This document shows positions 16,042 through 24,000 of a stretch of DNA of 24,000 bases, one piece after another. Origin of the DNA: Bacillus pinisoli. Its GTDB lineage: Bacteria > Bacillota > Bacilli > Bacillales > SA4. Location of the stretch: contig NZ_JAJQKI010000007.1 of NCBI RefSeq assembly GCF_023036475.1, positions 60,114-84,113 on the forward strand, read 5' to 3'. The notes under the pieces were generated by a model, which saw only the letters and a list, made by a program, of their open reading frames with translations, had not been told where the DNA came from and made no database searches. Position numbers and translations under genes: made by a program. Position 1 is the stretch's first letter, and each line of letters opens with the position of its first letter.

Positions 16042-16082
16042 AAAAAAAGTAATGTGGCTCAAATGGTCACATTACTTTTTTT
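16042..16082. terminator. Bidirectional terminator shared by the convergent DsrE-like and amidase genes
   Basis: Stem AAAAGTAATGTG / CACATTACTTTT, with core 16049-16056 / 16068-16075. It is flanked by a 7-A run upstream and a 7-T run downstream. Confidence 0.75.
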
Positions 16083-16129
16083 CTAGGTGATAAAAGGAAG
16101 GGGTTACATTACAGTTTGCTGTAAAACTA

Positions 16130-17584
16130 TTACTCTAATTTTGGTGAACGTCTATGATTGGTTGCTTGTTCATAAGCATAAGCATATTTAATTAGTATTG
16201 GTTCACTGAATGGGCGTCCTACCATTTGCAATCCTGCTGGAAGTGTTCCATAGCTATACCCCATAGGAACTGTTAGCGCAGGGAAGCCTGTTGGTGGACT
16301 CATTTGATAGCTATTGTTTCCATGTGGACTTTCCAAATCACCTACTTTTCGAGGAGGATAGTTCCAAGTTGGAAAAATAATGATGTCCACATCTTGATCC
16401 GTCATTGCTTTTAAGATAGCCAGACGGTAGACCTCACGATTTACCTCGGATTTGAAAAAGTCTGGATTCCCCTCAAGTGGAAGCTCTACACTTTGGGCAT
16501 ATTTCAACCCTTTTTGAATAGAAGGGTGGTATTGACCAGAATTAATGATATCGTCAAGGGTTTTTACAGGTGCATTGGGTCCGAGTGTTTCTAGGTATGC
16601 ATTGATATCCTTTTTCATCGTAAAAGGTCCGTTTGTATCTTCAAAAAGTTTCTCTAAGTTTGAGATGTGAAAGTCATCTACAATTTTAGCACCTTGATTT
16701 TCTATATCCTGAATGGCTTTTTCCATTATTTCTCTTACCTCAGGATCTATTTGGTCAGTAGGAAAGTACTGGCGAAGAACACCAATTTTTGCATCCTTAA
16801 GACCGTTTTTATCCAAATAATCTAAGTAACTCCCAACGGTATTTCCTATACTTTTTGCTGTAATAGGATCATTCGTGTCGTATCCAGCGATTGCCTCTAA
16901 AATGATTGCTGCATCTGTAACAGTTCTAGCTAATGGACCACCAATGTCTTGACCTAAAATGATAGGAACAATCCCATCGCGACTAGTAAGTCCCATTGTT
17001 GAACGGATCCCGACTAAGCTAGTATGAGCACCGGGTCCTCTAATTGAATTACCTGTGTCGGTTCCAAGGCCAACGGCTGCAAAGTTTGCAGCAATTGCAG
17101 CAGCTGTACCGCCACTTGATCCAGCAGGAACCCTTTCAATGTCATAAGGATTTAAAGTTGTTCCACCGATAGAGCTAACGGTTTCGTTTGGACTAAATGC
17201 AAATTCAGCCATATTAGACTTTGCTATAATAACGGCGCCTGCTTCACGTAATTTTGCAACTTGATAGGCATCATCAGGTGGAACAGACCCTTCAAGTGAC
17301 TTAGATCCAGCAGTTGTTGGCATATCGTATGTATCATAATTATCTTTGACAATGATAGGTATGCCATGTAAAATTCCGCGGGGCCCTTTTTGTAATCGTT
17401 CTTCGTCCAGCTCAGCAGCCGTTTCAAGGGCTTTCCTGTTGATAATGGTAATTGCATGAATAATAGAATCATATTTCTCAATTCTATCTAAGTACATTTG
17501 GACAAGTTGTTTGGATGTAATATTTCCTTGTGACATAGCGTGTTGTAATTCAAGGATTGTAGCTTCCTCAAGTTTAAACGACAT
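16130..17584 (-). CDS. Amidase (amidase-signature family, GatA-like fold)
   Basis: AS signature GGSSGGTAAAIAANFAAVGLGTDTGNSIRGPGAHTSLVGIR plus the upstream catalytic-Lys region IIVKDN. RBS AAAGGAGG lies 7 nt upstream of the ATG. Confidence 0.85.
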   Translation of the reverse strand: MSFKLEEATILELQHAMSQGNITSKQLVQMYLDRIEKYDSIIHAITIINRKALETAAELDEERLQKGPRGILHGIPIIVKDNYDTYDMPTTAGSKSLEGSVPPDDAYQVAKLREAGAVIIAKSNMAEFAFSPNETVSSIGGTTLNPYDIERVPAGSSGGTAAAIAANFAAVGLGTDTGNSIRGPGAHTSLVGIRSTMGLTSRDGIVPIILGQDIGGPLARTVTDAAIILEAIAGYDTNDPITAKSIGNTVGSYLDYLDKNGLKDAKIGVLRQYFPTDQIDPEVREIMEKAIQDIENQGAKIVDDFHISNLEKLFEDTNGPFTMKKDINAYLETLGPNAPVKTLDDIINSGQYHPSIQKGLKYAQSVELPLEGNPDFFKSEVNREVYRLAILKAMTDQDVDIIIFPTWNYPPRKVGDLESPHGNNSYQMSPPTGFPALTVPMGYSYGTLPAGLQMVGRPFSEPILIKYAYAYEQATNHRRSPKLE

Positions 17585-17737
17585 GGTTCAACCTCCTTTA
17601 GTGGGGTATATAAGGTGCGGATTGGCCTTATGTATTTTACTATTTAGAGAGACGAAATATTTATTAATTAGTATATGATAGATTTTATTTTGATACTAGT
17701 CGTAATTAACATAATAGAACTTCTCAGTTATTTTATA

Positions 17738-17766
17738 TTGAAATAAGAACATTTGTTCTATATAAT
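17738..17766 (+). promoter_or_regulatory. Near-consensus sigma-A promoter (TTGAAA-17 bp-TATAAT) with a Cheo/LexA-type box AGAACATTTGTTCT (17746-17759) in the spacer
   Basis: Read directly: TTGAAA (17738-17743), 17-bp spacer TAAGAACATTTGTTCTA, TATAAT (17761-17766). The box has the GAAC-N4-GTTC core of the Bacillus SOS operator consensus CGAACRNRYGTTCG. It points toward the RHH/LAGLIDADG genes about 170 nt downstream. Confidence 0.55.
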
Positions 17767-17933
17767 TGTTATATATAACCACTAAATCATCCACTTTAAC
17801 TTCATTTTGCTAAGAATTAGCTGGAATTTTCTCCTATATTTTTTCTAAGTCTTTGTTCTTTTCAAAACTTAAAGAGGGAAGTACTTAACACTCTTCTCGA
17901 AATCAAATTTTTCAATTAAAGGAGATTTTTTAT

Positions 17934-18269
17934 ATGTGGGAACTAATCAATGGAAAGTTAGTACAAAAGAAAGTTTCATCAAGAGTAAAATTTAGAACTA
18001 ATATCAGTGAATTAGTCTTATTAGAAGTAGATAGATTGTCCCTTAAATATGAAATCCCCAAAAATCACATTATTGAAATGGCTTTAAAAACCCTTATTCT
18101 AAATGATGTTATTATTACCAATACAATGGTTAAGCCCAAAGATAGAATTCAGTACAAGACCACTTATGATAAAGAATTACTAGAACAAGTAAGAGATTAT
18201 GCAAAAAAAAATAAAATACACGTAAATCAACTAATTGAATACAGCATGGGTTTAATTATACAAGAATAA
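17934..18269 (+). CDS. Hypothetical DNA-binding protein with two tandem ribbon-helix-helix-like repeats
   Basis: AAAGGAGA RBS 8 nt upstream. Residues 17-55 and 71-109 align without gaps at a fixed offset of 54 (RVKFRTNISELVLLEVDRLSLKYEIPKNHIIEMALKTLI vs RIQYKTTYDKELLEQVRDYAKKNKIHVNQLIEYSMGLII). Each repeat has a strand-helix-turn-helix pattern typical of Arc/MetJ/CopG RHH modules. Confidence 0.55.
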   Translation: MWELINGKLVQKKVSSRVKFRTNISELVLLEVDRLSLKYEIPKNHIIEMALKTLILNDVIITNTMVKPKDRIQYKTTYDKELLEQVRDYAKKNKIHVNQLIEYSMGLIIQE

Positions 18270-18296
18270 CTTTTTGTCTAAATGAAGAGGAGGTAA

Positions 18297-19136
<840 letters not shown>

Positions 19137-19277
19137 AGTAGAAGAGCTTACGATTGTATAAGTTTTTTTACTTTTACATTTTTTCTAGTTTACATAATAT
19201 CTATTATCGGTAACAATTAATTAAAACAAAAATATATCTCATAATCATAAGTAAACTCGATTTTGAGATAAAAAATT

Positions 19278-19311
19278 AAAATAAAAAGACCTTAGAGTTT
19301 TCTAAAGTCTT
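19278..19311 (-). terminator. Rho-independent terminator of the lipoprotein gene
   Basis: On the minus transcript, AGACUUUAG / CUAAGGUCU forms 9 bp with one G-U pair and a 6-nt loop, followed by UUUUUAUUUUAAUUUUU. Confidence 0.65.
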
Positions 19312-19319
19312 TACACTAA

Positions 19320-20426
19320 CTATTGAAATGGCATCCACATTACACACCACACATTATTATTGTCTTTCTCTAATTTAAATTGTAGAATCTCACCATCTTG
19401 TATAAACTCTATATTTGTACGATTTGGACTTACATGATTAATAGTAAATTCTCTTACTTTACCAAGTTTTCTCATAAACGTATCAATATTTTTTACATTA
19501 GCTACATTCTTAGACTCTGCTACATATTGGTCAATTGAAATGCTATCTTTATTTAGATCATGGTAATAATATAATGTTTCAAAATCCTGTCCTGCTTGCG
19601 TGTACATATACAGTTTAAATACATCAAACGGCTGTAAATTCGCTAATAAAACTGGTTTTTTTTCTTTATTCTCTTTAAAAATTTCAAAAATATGGACTAA
19701 TTTGTCTTCTAGTATTAATAGAGATTTATCAAGCTGAACTTTAATTGGTTGATCTGTGATAAATTTATGAATTACCTTTTGGTTATTTTCAGTTTCAGTA
19801 TATAAATATTCAATTTCAGATCCATCTGGGATGAATTGTTGCAGTTGAGAAAAAGCTTCATCTGTTAACTGGAAGGTAGAAAAAATTCCGTTACTGTCAA
19901 TTTTTACAGACCGAGAATCAATGACCCCTACAAGCTTTCCATTCCCTTTGAAAATAGATTTTTCCACAATCAAGTCCATCATCACTTTACCATGCTCTTC
20001 TTTAGTTGTTAAAAAAGCTTCTGTAACATATTTTCCTTTTGGTAAAGATGGTAGGATAAATTCTTTTTCTATTAAGTCTTTAGATTTAATTACTACTTCT
20101 TTTTCTCCTTGAGTAACTGTGGGGTTCTCAACTGAATGTTGATAAACCTTTTGACCATTTACATCGTAGATTATTAAGTCTGCATACAATTCGCTTGAAA
20201 AAGTAAGTATCTGCTCTTCATTTGAAATATTTTCAACTTTATAGACAACATGAATCTCATGATTCACCTCTTCCGCTTTCACATACGTTTTAAACGTAGT
20301 TAACACTTCTTTTGAGTCTTCAACTGAATTCCTACCACTTACTTCTTCAATGGAAGATCCACACCCGCTAGCAAATGCAATGGTTAATGCAGAACTAACC
20401 AATAGTATCATTTTTTTATGTTTCAT
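19320..20426 (-). CDS. Multi-domain lipoprotein of unknown function with an N-terminal BsuPI-like (protease-inhibitor Ig-like) domain
   Basis: I prefer ATG 20426 (AAGGAGA 8 nt upstream) over the track start at 20453. Signal peptide and lipobox: MKHKKMILLVSSALTIAFASGCGSS. The segment HVVYKVENISNEEQILTFSSELYADLIIYDVNGQKVYQHS resembles the BsuPI domain pattern (TLTFxSGQxYDFxVxDxxGxxVWxWS). Confidence 0.65.
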   Translation of the reverse strand: MKHKKMILLVSSALTIAFASGCGSSIEEVSGRNSVEDSKEVLTTFKTYVKAEEVNHEIHVVYKVENISNEEQILTFSSELYADLIIYDVNGQKVYQHSVENPTVTQGEKEVVIKSKDLIEKEFILPSLPKGKYVTEAFLTTKEEHGKVMMDLIVEKSIFKGNGKLVGVIDSRSVKIDSNGIFSTFQLTDEAFSQLQQFIPDGSEIEYLYTETENNQKVIHKFITDQPIKVQLDKSLLILEDKLVHIFEIFKENKEKKPVLLANLQPFDVFKLYMYTQAGQDFETLYYYHDLNKDSISIDQYVAESKNVANVKNIDTFMRKLGKVREFTINHVSPNRTNIEFIQDGEILQFKLEKDNNNVWCVMWMPFQ

Positions 20427-20689
20427 ATTCTCTATCTCCTTCATAGTGATCATTTACATAATCTTAGACGTGGTAAGACGGAATCTGTTACAAAGTCATG
20501 TTATTTTTTTACAATTGTTTCATTCGTAAGATCTGTTACATCATGTAGAAACCAAAAAAATCAAAAGCTGAATCTAACAATTCTGAGGATGGATAGGTAT
20601 CGCTAATATTAATTAGTATTTAAAGCTGTACCAATTAAATAGATTATCATATATAATGAGGAAACTACTTTGTTAAGGAGTGAATGAAA

Positions 20690-20890
20690 ATGGCTAAATC
20701 TAAAGCTAAAAAATGTAGAGAAAAACTAGTTCGCGAAGGAAAAAGGAATCCTGAGAACAGTAGAAGCCCCTTTGCTTTTATGGACTTAACGACAAAGAAA
20801 ACAAAAACCAAGAAAGATCTACTCTATCGTAATAAATATAAGAACCAACATTCCAATCAAGGAAATGATGGTTCTTTTTATTTTGCATAA
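20690..20890 (+). CDS. Small, highly basic hypothetical protein (66 aa)
   Basis: AAGGAG (20675-20680) lies 9 nt before ATG 20690; the track start at 20684 is too close to the SD. The product is MAKSKAKKCREKLVREGKRNPENSRSPFAF.... The last ~15 codons run through its own terminator hairpin. Confidence 0.45.
   Translation: MAKSKAKKCREKLVREGKRNPENSRSPFAFMDLTTKKTKTKKDLLYRNKYKNQHSNQGNDGSFYFA
20842..20884 (+). terminator. Rho-independent terminator overlapping the 3' end of the small basic ORF
   Basis: Interrupted stem GAACCA-A-CATT-CC (20842-20854) / GG-A-AATG-A-TGGTTC (20861-20874) with a 6-nt loop, followed by TTTTTATTTT. Confidence 0.65.
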
Positions 20891-21039
20891 CTGAATGACT
20901 TGAAAACTAACAATCCGCTCTTCCCTCCTTTCTCCATTACCAATAAGCCCACACCTTGCTAACTCTTGTCTCATAGTATAAAAACGCCTGATGGTTTCGT
21001 TATTACCATTTGGACTTTTTATGACCAGGAGTGAGTTGG

Positions 21040-22095
21040 TTGAAATTCAATCATGATAAAGTTATTTTTTTCTTCTTATTCGTTTCTGTTAGTTTGGGCG
21101 CTCTCTTATGCTCAGGTGGAAACCATTCTAATCAAACTACTCCTCAATCACAAGGTCAACCGCAAATCGTTAACGCGTTTGAAAGGTTTTTAACTGGCAA
21201 TGTACAAGGATTACTTGACAACCAGACTAACAACAATTTGCTATTAAATAATACGGGTAATGACTCCAACGAACTTACACATGAATTTAGTAAAGAAAGA
21301 GCTGTAGAAGTTACGAATAGAATTAATAACAAGTTAAAGAACTCAACACCTAATAGCGAAGAAGAAAATACTAATGCTGATGGGAATAACTCAGGTAATA
21401 CTAACAAGGTAGATTTAAATTCAGGGGATTTACCAGAGATTATTTGGGGAATTGACTCTGCAAGTGAAACAACAGAAGAATTCTATCGATGTGTAAGTGA
21501 TAATTTTGGAAATCCTGTAGTGTTTGGTCGCTACCTAGGTGAACGAGAAGGTGTGTCAGCAGGCCTTACAACAGAACAGGTAAATCTAATCCATGAAAAA
21601 GGAGATTATATTCTACCAATCTTTAATCATTTTAATCATGCAACAGGTTATGAGAAAGGTGTTACAGAAGCAGAAGAAGCAATTCGTTTTGCTGAGGAAG
21701 TTGGTGTACCATCTGGAGTGGCACTCTTTGCAGACATTGAACCTAACTACCCGGTTGACTCAGCTTTCATTAAAGGATGGTATGAGACGATTGCAGCGTC
21801 GGATTATAAATCTGGTATTTATGGTATTTTTGACCCTGCACGTGACCTTTATACTGCCTATAACAATGCAGTCGCAGAGGATCCTAATATTCAAGAAAAT
21901 AATATCATTTGGACAGCATCTCCTAATACAGGTATCACAACAGAGGAGAATGCGCCTGATTTCAATCCTGAGGCACCAGAAGGATCTCTTGCTTGGGGAT
22001 GGCAATATGGAATTGATGCAGAGGCTTGCAATATTGACACAAATCTCTTTAAACGCGAGATTATTCAATCTCTTTGGGGACCTGGATCAAAATAA
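21040..22095 (+). CDS. Lipoprotein with an N/Q/T-rich linker and a C-terminal DUF1906 (Rv2525c-like, glycoside-hydrolase-like) domain
   Basis: I prefer TTG 21040 (AGGAG at 21027-21031, 8-nt spacing) over GTG 21031. Signal peptide with lipobox ALLCSGG. A low-complexity region rich in N, Q and T follows. The C-terminal part (IWGIDSAS...FGRYLG...AEEVGVPSGVALFADIE...GIYG) matches my memory of DUF1906. Confidence 0.65.
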   Translation: MKFNHDKVIFFFLFVSVSLGALLCSGGNHSNQTTPQSQGQPQIVNAFERFLTGNVQGLLDNQTNNNLLLNNTGNDSNELTHEFSKERAVEVTNRINNKLKNSTPNSEEENTNADGNNSGNTNKVDLNSGDLPEIIWGIDSASETTEEFYRCVSDNFGNPVVFGRYLGEREGVSAGLTTEQVNLIHEKGDYILPIFNHFNHATGYEKGVTEAEEAIRFAEEVGVPSGVALFADIEPNYPVDSAFIKGWYETIAASDYKSGIYGIFDPARDLYTAYNNAVAEDPNIQENNIIWTASPNTGITTEENAPDFNPEAPEGSLAWGWQYGIDAEACNIDTNLFKREIIQSLWGPGSK

Positions 22096-22096
22096 T

Positions 22097-22135
22097 AAAA
22101 ATTAACCTCTTCAAAATTAGAAGACGTTAATTTTT
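22097..22135. terminator. AU-rich long hairpin between convergent genes (possible bidirectional terminator)
   Basis: AAAAATTAAC-c-TCTTC (22097-22112) / GAAGA-c-GTTAATTTTT (22120-22135). It forms 15 bp, but only three are G-C pairs. It overlaps the last codons of the minus-strand CXXC gene. Confidence 0.45.
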
Positions 22136-22429
22136 ATTAACAGGCTCTTGTTTATATTTTAGTAAAAACGGAACAAACAAAGAGATAAAAAAACCTACAA
22201 AAATCATAATCGATAGTTTTGGCAAAAGCGATAGCATAGACAATAACTCGCCAAATACCAACATCGGTACAATTACAAGTAATGTTACTAAGGCTTGTGA
22301 GCCATTTGTTACTTTATAGGTTTTACTACATTTTTGGCATTTCATTGGTTTGTATGCCGTCCATATATTTTTAAATATATTCTTCCAGGTAAATGCATGG
22401 CCACATTCAATACATGTGTGATTATTCAA
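22127..22429 (-). CDS. CXXC-20-CXXC type putative zinc-ribbon membrane protein (TIGR04104-like)
   Basis: N-terminal CIEC-x21-CQKC, followed by two hydrophobic TM segments. It has a TTG start with a weak SD (AGGATGA). Confidence 0.6.
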   Translation of the reverse strand: MNNHTCIECGHAFTWKNIFKNIWTAYKPMKCQKCSKTYKVTNGSQALVTLLVIVPMLVFGELLSMLSLLPKLSIMIFVGFFISLFVPFLLKYKQEPVNKN

Positions 22430-22505
22430 AAGTCATCATCCTAAATATTCGTTTACTTTCACTTTAACACAATTCTATCCTGACTTACATGTCAAAAATC
22501 TAGCA

Positions 22506-22514
22506 ATTATAACA
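22506..22514 (-). promoter_or_regulatory. Candidate extended -10 element (TGTTATAAT on the minus strand) for the CXXC gene
   Basis: The reverse complement of ATTATAACA is TGTTATAAT, about 80 nt upstream of the TTG start. No convincing -35 element. Confidence 0.3.
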
Positions 22515-22597
22515 ACATGGTGTCAGCGTCACGTTTTTAGACCTCAAGGAGCTCACGCAAGAGCCAAATTATAAGAAATTACTTTAGTTGCCTAAAC

Positions 22598-22628
22598 ACC
22601 AAAAAAGCTGCTCAAATCTGAGCAGCTT
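22598..22628 (-). terminator. Rho-independent terminator of the dehydrogenase gene
   Basis: 10-bp perfect stem AAGCTGCTCA / TGAGCAGCTT (22605-22614 / 22619-22628) with a 4-nt loop and a U-tract on the minus transcript. It begins at the stop codon. Confidence 0.75.
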
Positions 22629-23767
22629 TACGGCTTTAGCACCACTTTAATGCAATCATCCTCACGGTCATTGAATATTTTATACCCGTGACTCGCTTCA
22701 TTTAGATTGAGTTTATGTGTGATCATGTCTTTTGGATCAAACTCTTTATTTATTATCTTTTTATACAGTTCAGGCATTAAATGAATGACAGGAGCTTGTC
22801 CCATTTTAACGGTTATATTTCGTGAGAAAAAGGCACCAAGTGGGAAATTATTGTAGTTTGCACCATAGACGCCAGTTAATTGAACGGTTCCAAATTTCCG
22901 TACGGCCTTTGTTGCGATTTGGATAGCACCTAGTGTTCCACCTTGAAGCTTCAATTTCTGCTCAATATATTCAAGTGGTGATTTCTTCCCATCCATTCCA
23001 ACACAATCAATGACAACGTCAGCACCGCCACCAGTGATTTCTTTAATATGCTCTCCCATATCTGGATATTCAGTGAAATCGAACGTCTCCACCTTATTCG
23101 TTTGCTTCGCATGATGTAATCGGTAGCCTAAATAATCAACTGCGATGACACGTTTGGCTCCTTCCATCCAAGCGAATTTTTGAGCCATGAGTCCAACTGG
23201 TCCACAACCTAAAACTACAACTGTATCCCCTTTTTTTACACCGGCATGAAGAACACTCCAATAGGCAGTAGGTAGGACATCACTTAAGAATAATAAGGAT
23301 TCATCCTCAAGTTCACAGGATTCTGGTACAAGGAAAGGTGTAAAGTTTCCGTAGGGTACCTTTAGATATTCGGCTTGCCCACCTGGATGGTCACCAAATT
23401 TTTCTGTATATCCAAAATAACCACCTGAATCATAGTGTGGGTTAGAGTTATCGCATTGACTTTCCATTTCATGCTGACAATAAAAACATTCTCCACATGA
23501 AACATTAAAAGGAATGACGACCCGGTCTCCTTTTTTTACTTTGGTCACGTCTGGTCCTACCTCTTCTACGATACCCATCGGTTCATGCCCTATAATATAA
23601 CCTTCTGGCAAGGGCATGTTCCCTTGGTATAAATGCAAATCTGAGCCACAAATAGCGGTAGTTGTGATCTTTACAATTATATCATCTTGTTTTTCAATTT
23701 TCGCATCGGGTACCTCTCTTACCTCAACTGAGTTGGGACCTTTGTAGGTTACAGCTTTTATCGTCAT
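22628..23767 (-). CDS. Zn-dependent medium-chain dehydrogenase, glutathione-independent formaldehyde dehydrogenase-like (B. subtilis YycR-like)
   Basis: Catalytic Zn ligands are present in the AICGSDLH and GHEP motifs. Structural Zn Cys cluster CGECFYCQHEMESQC. Rossmann motif VLGCGPVGL. The C-terminal DDCIKVVLKP matches my recollection of YycR almost exactly. Confidence 0.85.
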   Translation of the reverse strand: MTIKAVTYKGPNSVEVREVPDAKIEKQDDIIVKITTTAICGSDLHLYQGNMPLPEGYIIGHEPMGIVEEVGPDVTKVKKGDRVVIPFNVSCGECFYCQHEMESQCDNSNPHYDSGGYFGYTEKFGDHPGGQAEYLKVPYGNFTPFLVPESCELEDESLLFLSDVLPTAYWSVLHAGVKKGDTVVVLGCGPVGLMAQKFAWMEGAKRVIAVDYLGYRLHHAKQTNKVETFDFTEYPDMGEHIKEITGGGADVVIDCVGMDGKKSPLEYIEQKLKLQGGTLGAIQIATKAVRKFGTVQLTGVYGANYNNFPLGAFFSRNITVKMGQAPVIHLMPELYKKIINKEFDPKDMITHKLNLNEASHGYKIFNDREDDCIKVVLKP

Positions 23768-23940
23768 GCACCTCCATCAACTATATAAATATAGTTTCCA
23801 TCCAATGACATAATCTTACTCTTCCATGTTATGTTATTTTTTGAAAGGTTCTTTTCGCACACTTTGTTGCTTTTTATGAGTTTGGATGAGAGTAACCCGT
23901 CTCGTTTCATTTAACTTAGAAAAGAGTAATTCAAATAAAA

Positions 23941-23982
23941 CAGAAGCATATTAACTTTTTATCTATAGTTAATATGCTTCTG
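23941..23982. terminator. Bidirectional terminator-like hairpin at the window edge
   Basis: 15-bp perfect stem CAGAAGCATATTAAC / GTTAATATGCTTCTG with a 12-nt loop. AAATAAAA lies upstream and TTTTCTATTT downstream. It probably terminates a minus-strand gene located beyond position 24000. Confidence 0.55.
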
Positions 23983-24000
23983 TTTTCTATTTAAATTGTG

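Noticed and set aside
17790-17798. 9-mer CACTTTAAC shared between the left (17790) and right (22457) spacers of the accessory-looking interval, considered as possible att-like direct repeats.
   Set aside because: - It is too short and AT-rich, and the match does not extend.
- No integrase or tRNA gene is nearby.
20418-20606. 62-aa ORF in the lipoprotein / small-ORF intergenic region.
   Set aside because: - It has no SD.
- It begins antisense to the lipoprotein start codon region.
- It runs through the direct repeats, so this is more likely regulatory DNA.
23764-23910. 48-aa minus-strand upstream ORF (MKRDGLLSSKLIKSNKVCEK...) whose TGA overlaps the dehydrogenase ATG in an ATGA arrangement.
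   Set aside because: - The ATGA overlap is suggestive of coupling, and the SD-to-ATG spacing of the dehydrogenase is short.
- However, the uORF has no SD of its own.
- Its K/N/S-rich composition is what AT-rich non-coding DNA gives by chance.
- I kept it as a note only.

Overview
The window looks like a low-GC Firmicute (Bacillaceae-like) chromosome: AGGAGG-type ribosome-binding sites, Rho-independent terminators and lipoprotein lipoboxes. I saw no rRNA, tRNA, CRISPR array, transposase or prophage structural genes.

Gene order, left to right:
- 3' end of a prolyl oligopeptidase gene, then a DUF1540 small protein.
- A tcyABC-like cystine ABC transporter, a fatty-acid-CoA ligase and a truncated-looking DUF3231 gene.
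- A tightly coupled 7-gene operon: lipoprotein SBP, two permeases, ATPase, TVP38/DedA-like protein, small CDP-alcohol phosphatidyltransferase and a CxxxxC FAD disulfide reductase.
- A redox/sulfur cluster: Crp/Fnr regulator, glutaredoxin-like protein, GAGHAH-type FAD oxidoreductase and a DsrE-like protein.
- An amidase.
- A roughly 5 kb accessory-looking stretch: tandem-RHH protein, HTH-LAGLIDADG protein, BsuPI-like lipoprotein, small basic ORF, DUF1906 lipoprotein and a CXXC-20-CXXC membrane protein.
- A YycR-like Zn-dependent dehydrogenase.

Best candidates for undescribed biology:
1. A near-consensus sigma-A promoter (TTGAAA-17-TATAAT) with a LexA/Cheo-type box (GAAC-N4-GTTC) in its spacer. 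It sits upstream of a two-gene module encoding a single-chain duplicated ribbon-helix-helix protein and a free-standing HTH-LAGLIDADG nuclease-like protein.
2. The 7-gene operon, which mirrors the uncharacterised E. coli ydjXYZ-ynjABCDEF neighbourhood.
3. The adjacent Crp/Grx/FAD-oxidoreductase/DsrE cluster, which has a perfect 16-bp TTGTG-N6-CACAA palindrome in its divergent promoter region.

All family assignments rest on motifs read by eye and remembered family knowledge. No database search was run.
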